Below, one piece after another: positions 62,954 through 64,000 of a stretch of 64,000 nucleotides of DNA. The first letter of the stretch is position 1. Each line of letters starts with the position of its first letter. Made by a program: the position numbers and the translations under genes. The stretch is from IMG/VR virus record IMGVR_UViG_3300045971_000149, positions 93,926 to 157,925 of that record; one strand, 5' to 3'. Origin of the DNA: a virus. Below the pieces are notes generated by a model, which saw nothing but the letters and a program-made list of their open reading frames with translations, was not told where the DNA came from and did not search any database.

Positions 62954-64000
62954 ATGAAAAATCTTAACAGTATTATATTAGATGTAGACAGCTACAAAGT
63001 GAGCATGGCATGGCAATACCCAGCAGGAACCGAGTATGTTTACTCTTATATCGAATCGCGAGGTGGCAAATATGACCGCACTGAATTCCTCGGTGTGCAG
63101 GCCCTCTCAAAGTATCTTGCAACACCTATTACTCAAGCTCAAATCGACTATGCTGATAAAATCTGGACATTGCACGGTGAACCTTTCAACCGCGAAGGTT
63201 GGCAGTACATACTTGATACACATCAAGGCAAGCTACCGATTCGCATTAGGGCAGCAAAAGAAGGTCTTATCATTCCGACTAAGAACGTCCTCTGCACCAT
63301 CGAGAACACTGATCCGAAATGCTTCTGGCTTACCACGTGGGTCGAAACAGCAGCTCTCCGTGCTATCTGGTATCCAACGACTGTTGGCACAACGTCTTGG
63401 CACATTAAACAAGAAATTCTGAACTACTTGGAGAAGTCTGGTGATCCTTCAACAATATCTTTTAAGCTGCATGATTTTGGTGCTCGCGGTGTCAGCTCTT
63501 TGGATTCTGCCGGCATTGGTGGAGCAGCGCACCTTGTCAACTTCATGGGGACGGATACTATTTCTGGCGTACTGTATGTCATGGATACCTATGGGGGTGA
63601 TGTGGCAGGATTTAGCATCCCAGCAGCAGAACACTCCACAATCACAAGCTGGGGCCGCGATAACGAAATAGATGCTTACCGCAATATGGTTAAGCAATTT
63701 GGCAAGCCAGGTGCTGTGCTTGCTGTGGTATCAGACTCTTACGATATTTACAAAGCCTGCGAAATGTGGGGAACGGAACTAAAAGATGATGTTATTAACT
63801 CTGGTGCTACTGTTGTTATCCGCCCCGACTCTGGCGATCCTGTCGTGGTGGTACCTAAAATGCTCCGCATCCTGGCTGATAAGTTTGGATTTACTACTAA
63901 TGAAAAGGGGTATAAAGTCCTCAACAATGTTCGTGTTATTTGGGGCGATGGTATTAATTCTGTGTCTCTGTCTAGCATACTTCGTTGTGTGGTTGATGTC
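62954..64000 (+). CDS. nadV: Nicotinamide phosphoribosyltransferase (partial, runs off the window end)
   Basis: Manual translation: DVDSYK, YIESRGG, LHDFGARG, SIPAAEHST, VSDSYD, IRPDSGDP, GYKVL and WGDG. Confidence 0.95.
   Translation, partial: MKNLNSIILDVDSYKVSMAWQYPAGTEYVYSYIESRGGKYDRTEFLGVQALSKYLATPITQAQIDYADKIWTLHGEPFNREGWQYILDTHQGKLPIRIRAAKEGLIIPTKNVLCTIENTDPKCFWLTTWVETAALRAIWYPTTVGTTSWHIKQEILNYLEKSGDPSTISFKLHDFGARGVSSLDSAGIGGAAHLVNFMGTDTISGVLYVMDTYGGDVAGFSIPAAEHSTITSWGRDNEIDAYRNMVKQFGKPGAVLAVVSDSYDIYKACEMWGTELKDDVINSGATVVIRPDSGDPVVVVPKMLRILADKFGFTTNEKGYKVLNNVRVIWGDGINSVSLSSILRCVVDV

Noticed and set aside
63036-63978. Several short ORFs in the track
   Set aside because: Alternative frames of the NAMPT gene, which the track missed because it runs off the window.
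1-64000. Genome-wide stop-codon reassignment (code 15 or code 4)
   Set aside because: Conserved genes (nrdA, nrdB, ligase, clpX, thyX) are full length in the standard code and coding density is already high.
1-64000. CRISPR array or cas genes
   Set aside because: No regularly spaced repeats seen; the 30476 nuclease lacks the Cas4 Cys cluster and has no cas neighbours.

Overview
A 64-kb slice of a large (jumbo-type) tailed dsDNA phage genome, AT-rich and gene-dense, read in the standard genetic code. It has sigma70-type early promoters and a T4-like TAAATA late promoter motif. Left to right: a methyltransferase/radical-SAM/glycosyltransferase cluster (minus strand); APS-kinase-like and DUF2061 genes; ATP-dependent DNA ligase; many small accessory ORFs; IF-1; an HNH nuclease; an epimerase; tail-fibre-like and other virion genes; a non-specific endonuclease; head/internal-protein-like genes; an exonuclease; nrdA/nrdB/glutaredoxin/thyX; Sm-like, PAAR and cold-shock genes; a circularly permuted (two-piece) tmRNA; a kinase-domain protein; ClpX; ribosomal protein bS21; a tRNA with a CUA (amber) anticodon; a PlcP/LpxH-like plus GT4 pair; a Pth2-like operon; and a dispersed NAD salvage set (NadM-Nudix, PnuC, NadR, NAMPT) with macro-domain and SLOG genes. 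The most notable candidate new system is the leader of the Pth2-like operon (52756-52979). It has two uORFs, each interrupted by ATG-TAG. Read-through of the first crosses a terminator-like hairpin; read-through of the second ends in Gly-Pro-Pro-stop, and those codons are the anti-SD arm of a hairpin masking the downstream RBS. The phage's own amber-anticodon tRNA lies 3.4 kb upstream, suggesting amber-read-through-gated attenuation. Also notable: a GAGATAGACTC hairpin about 30 nt before the NAD salvage genes, several orphan structured RNAs, and apparently leaderless late mRNAs. All annotations come from reading motifs by eye; no searches were run.
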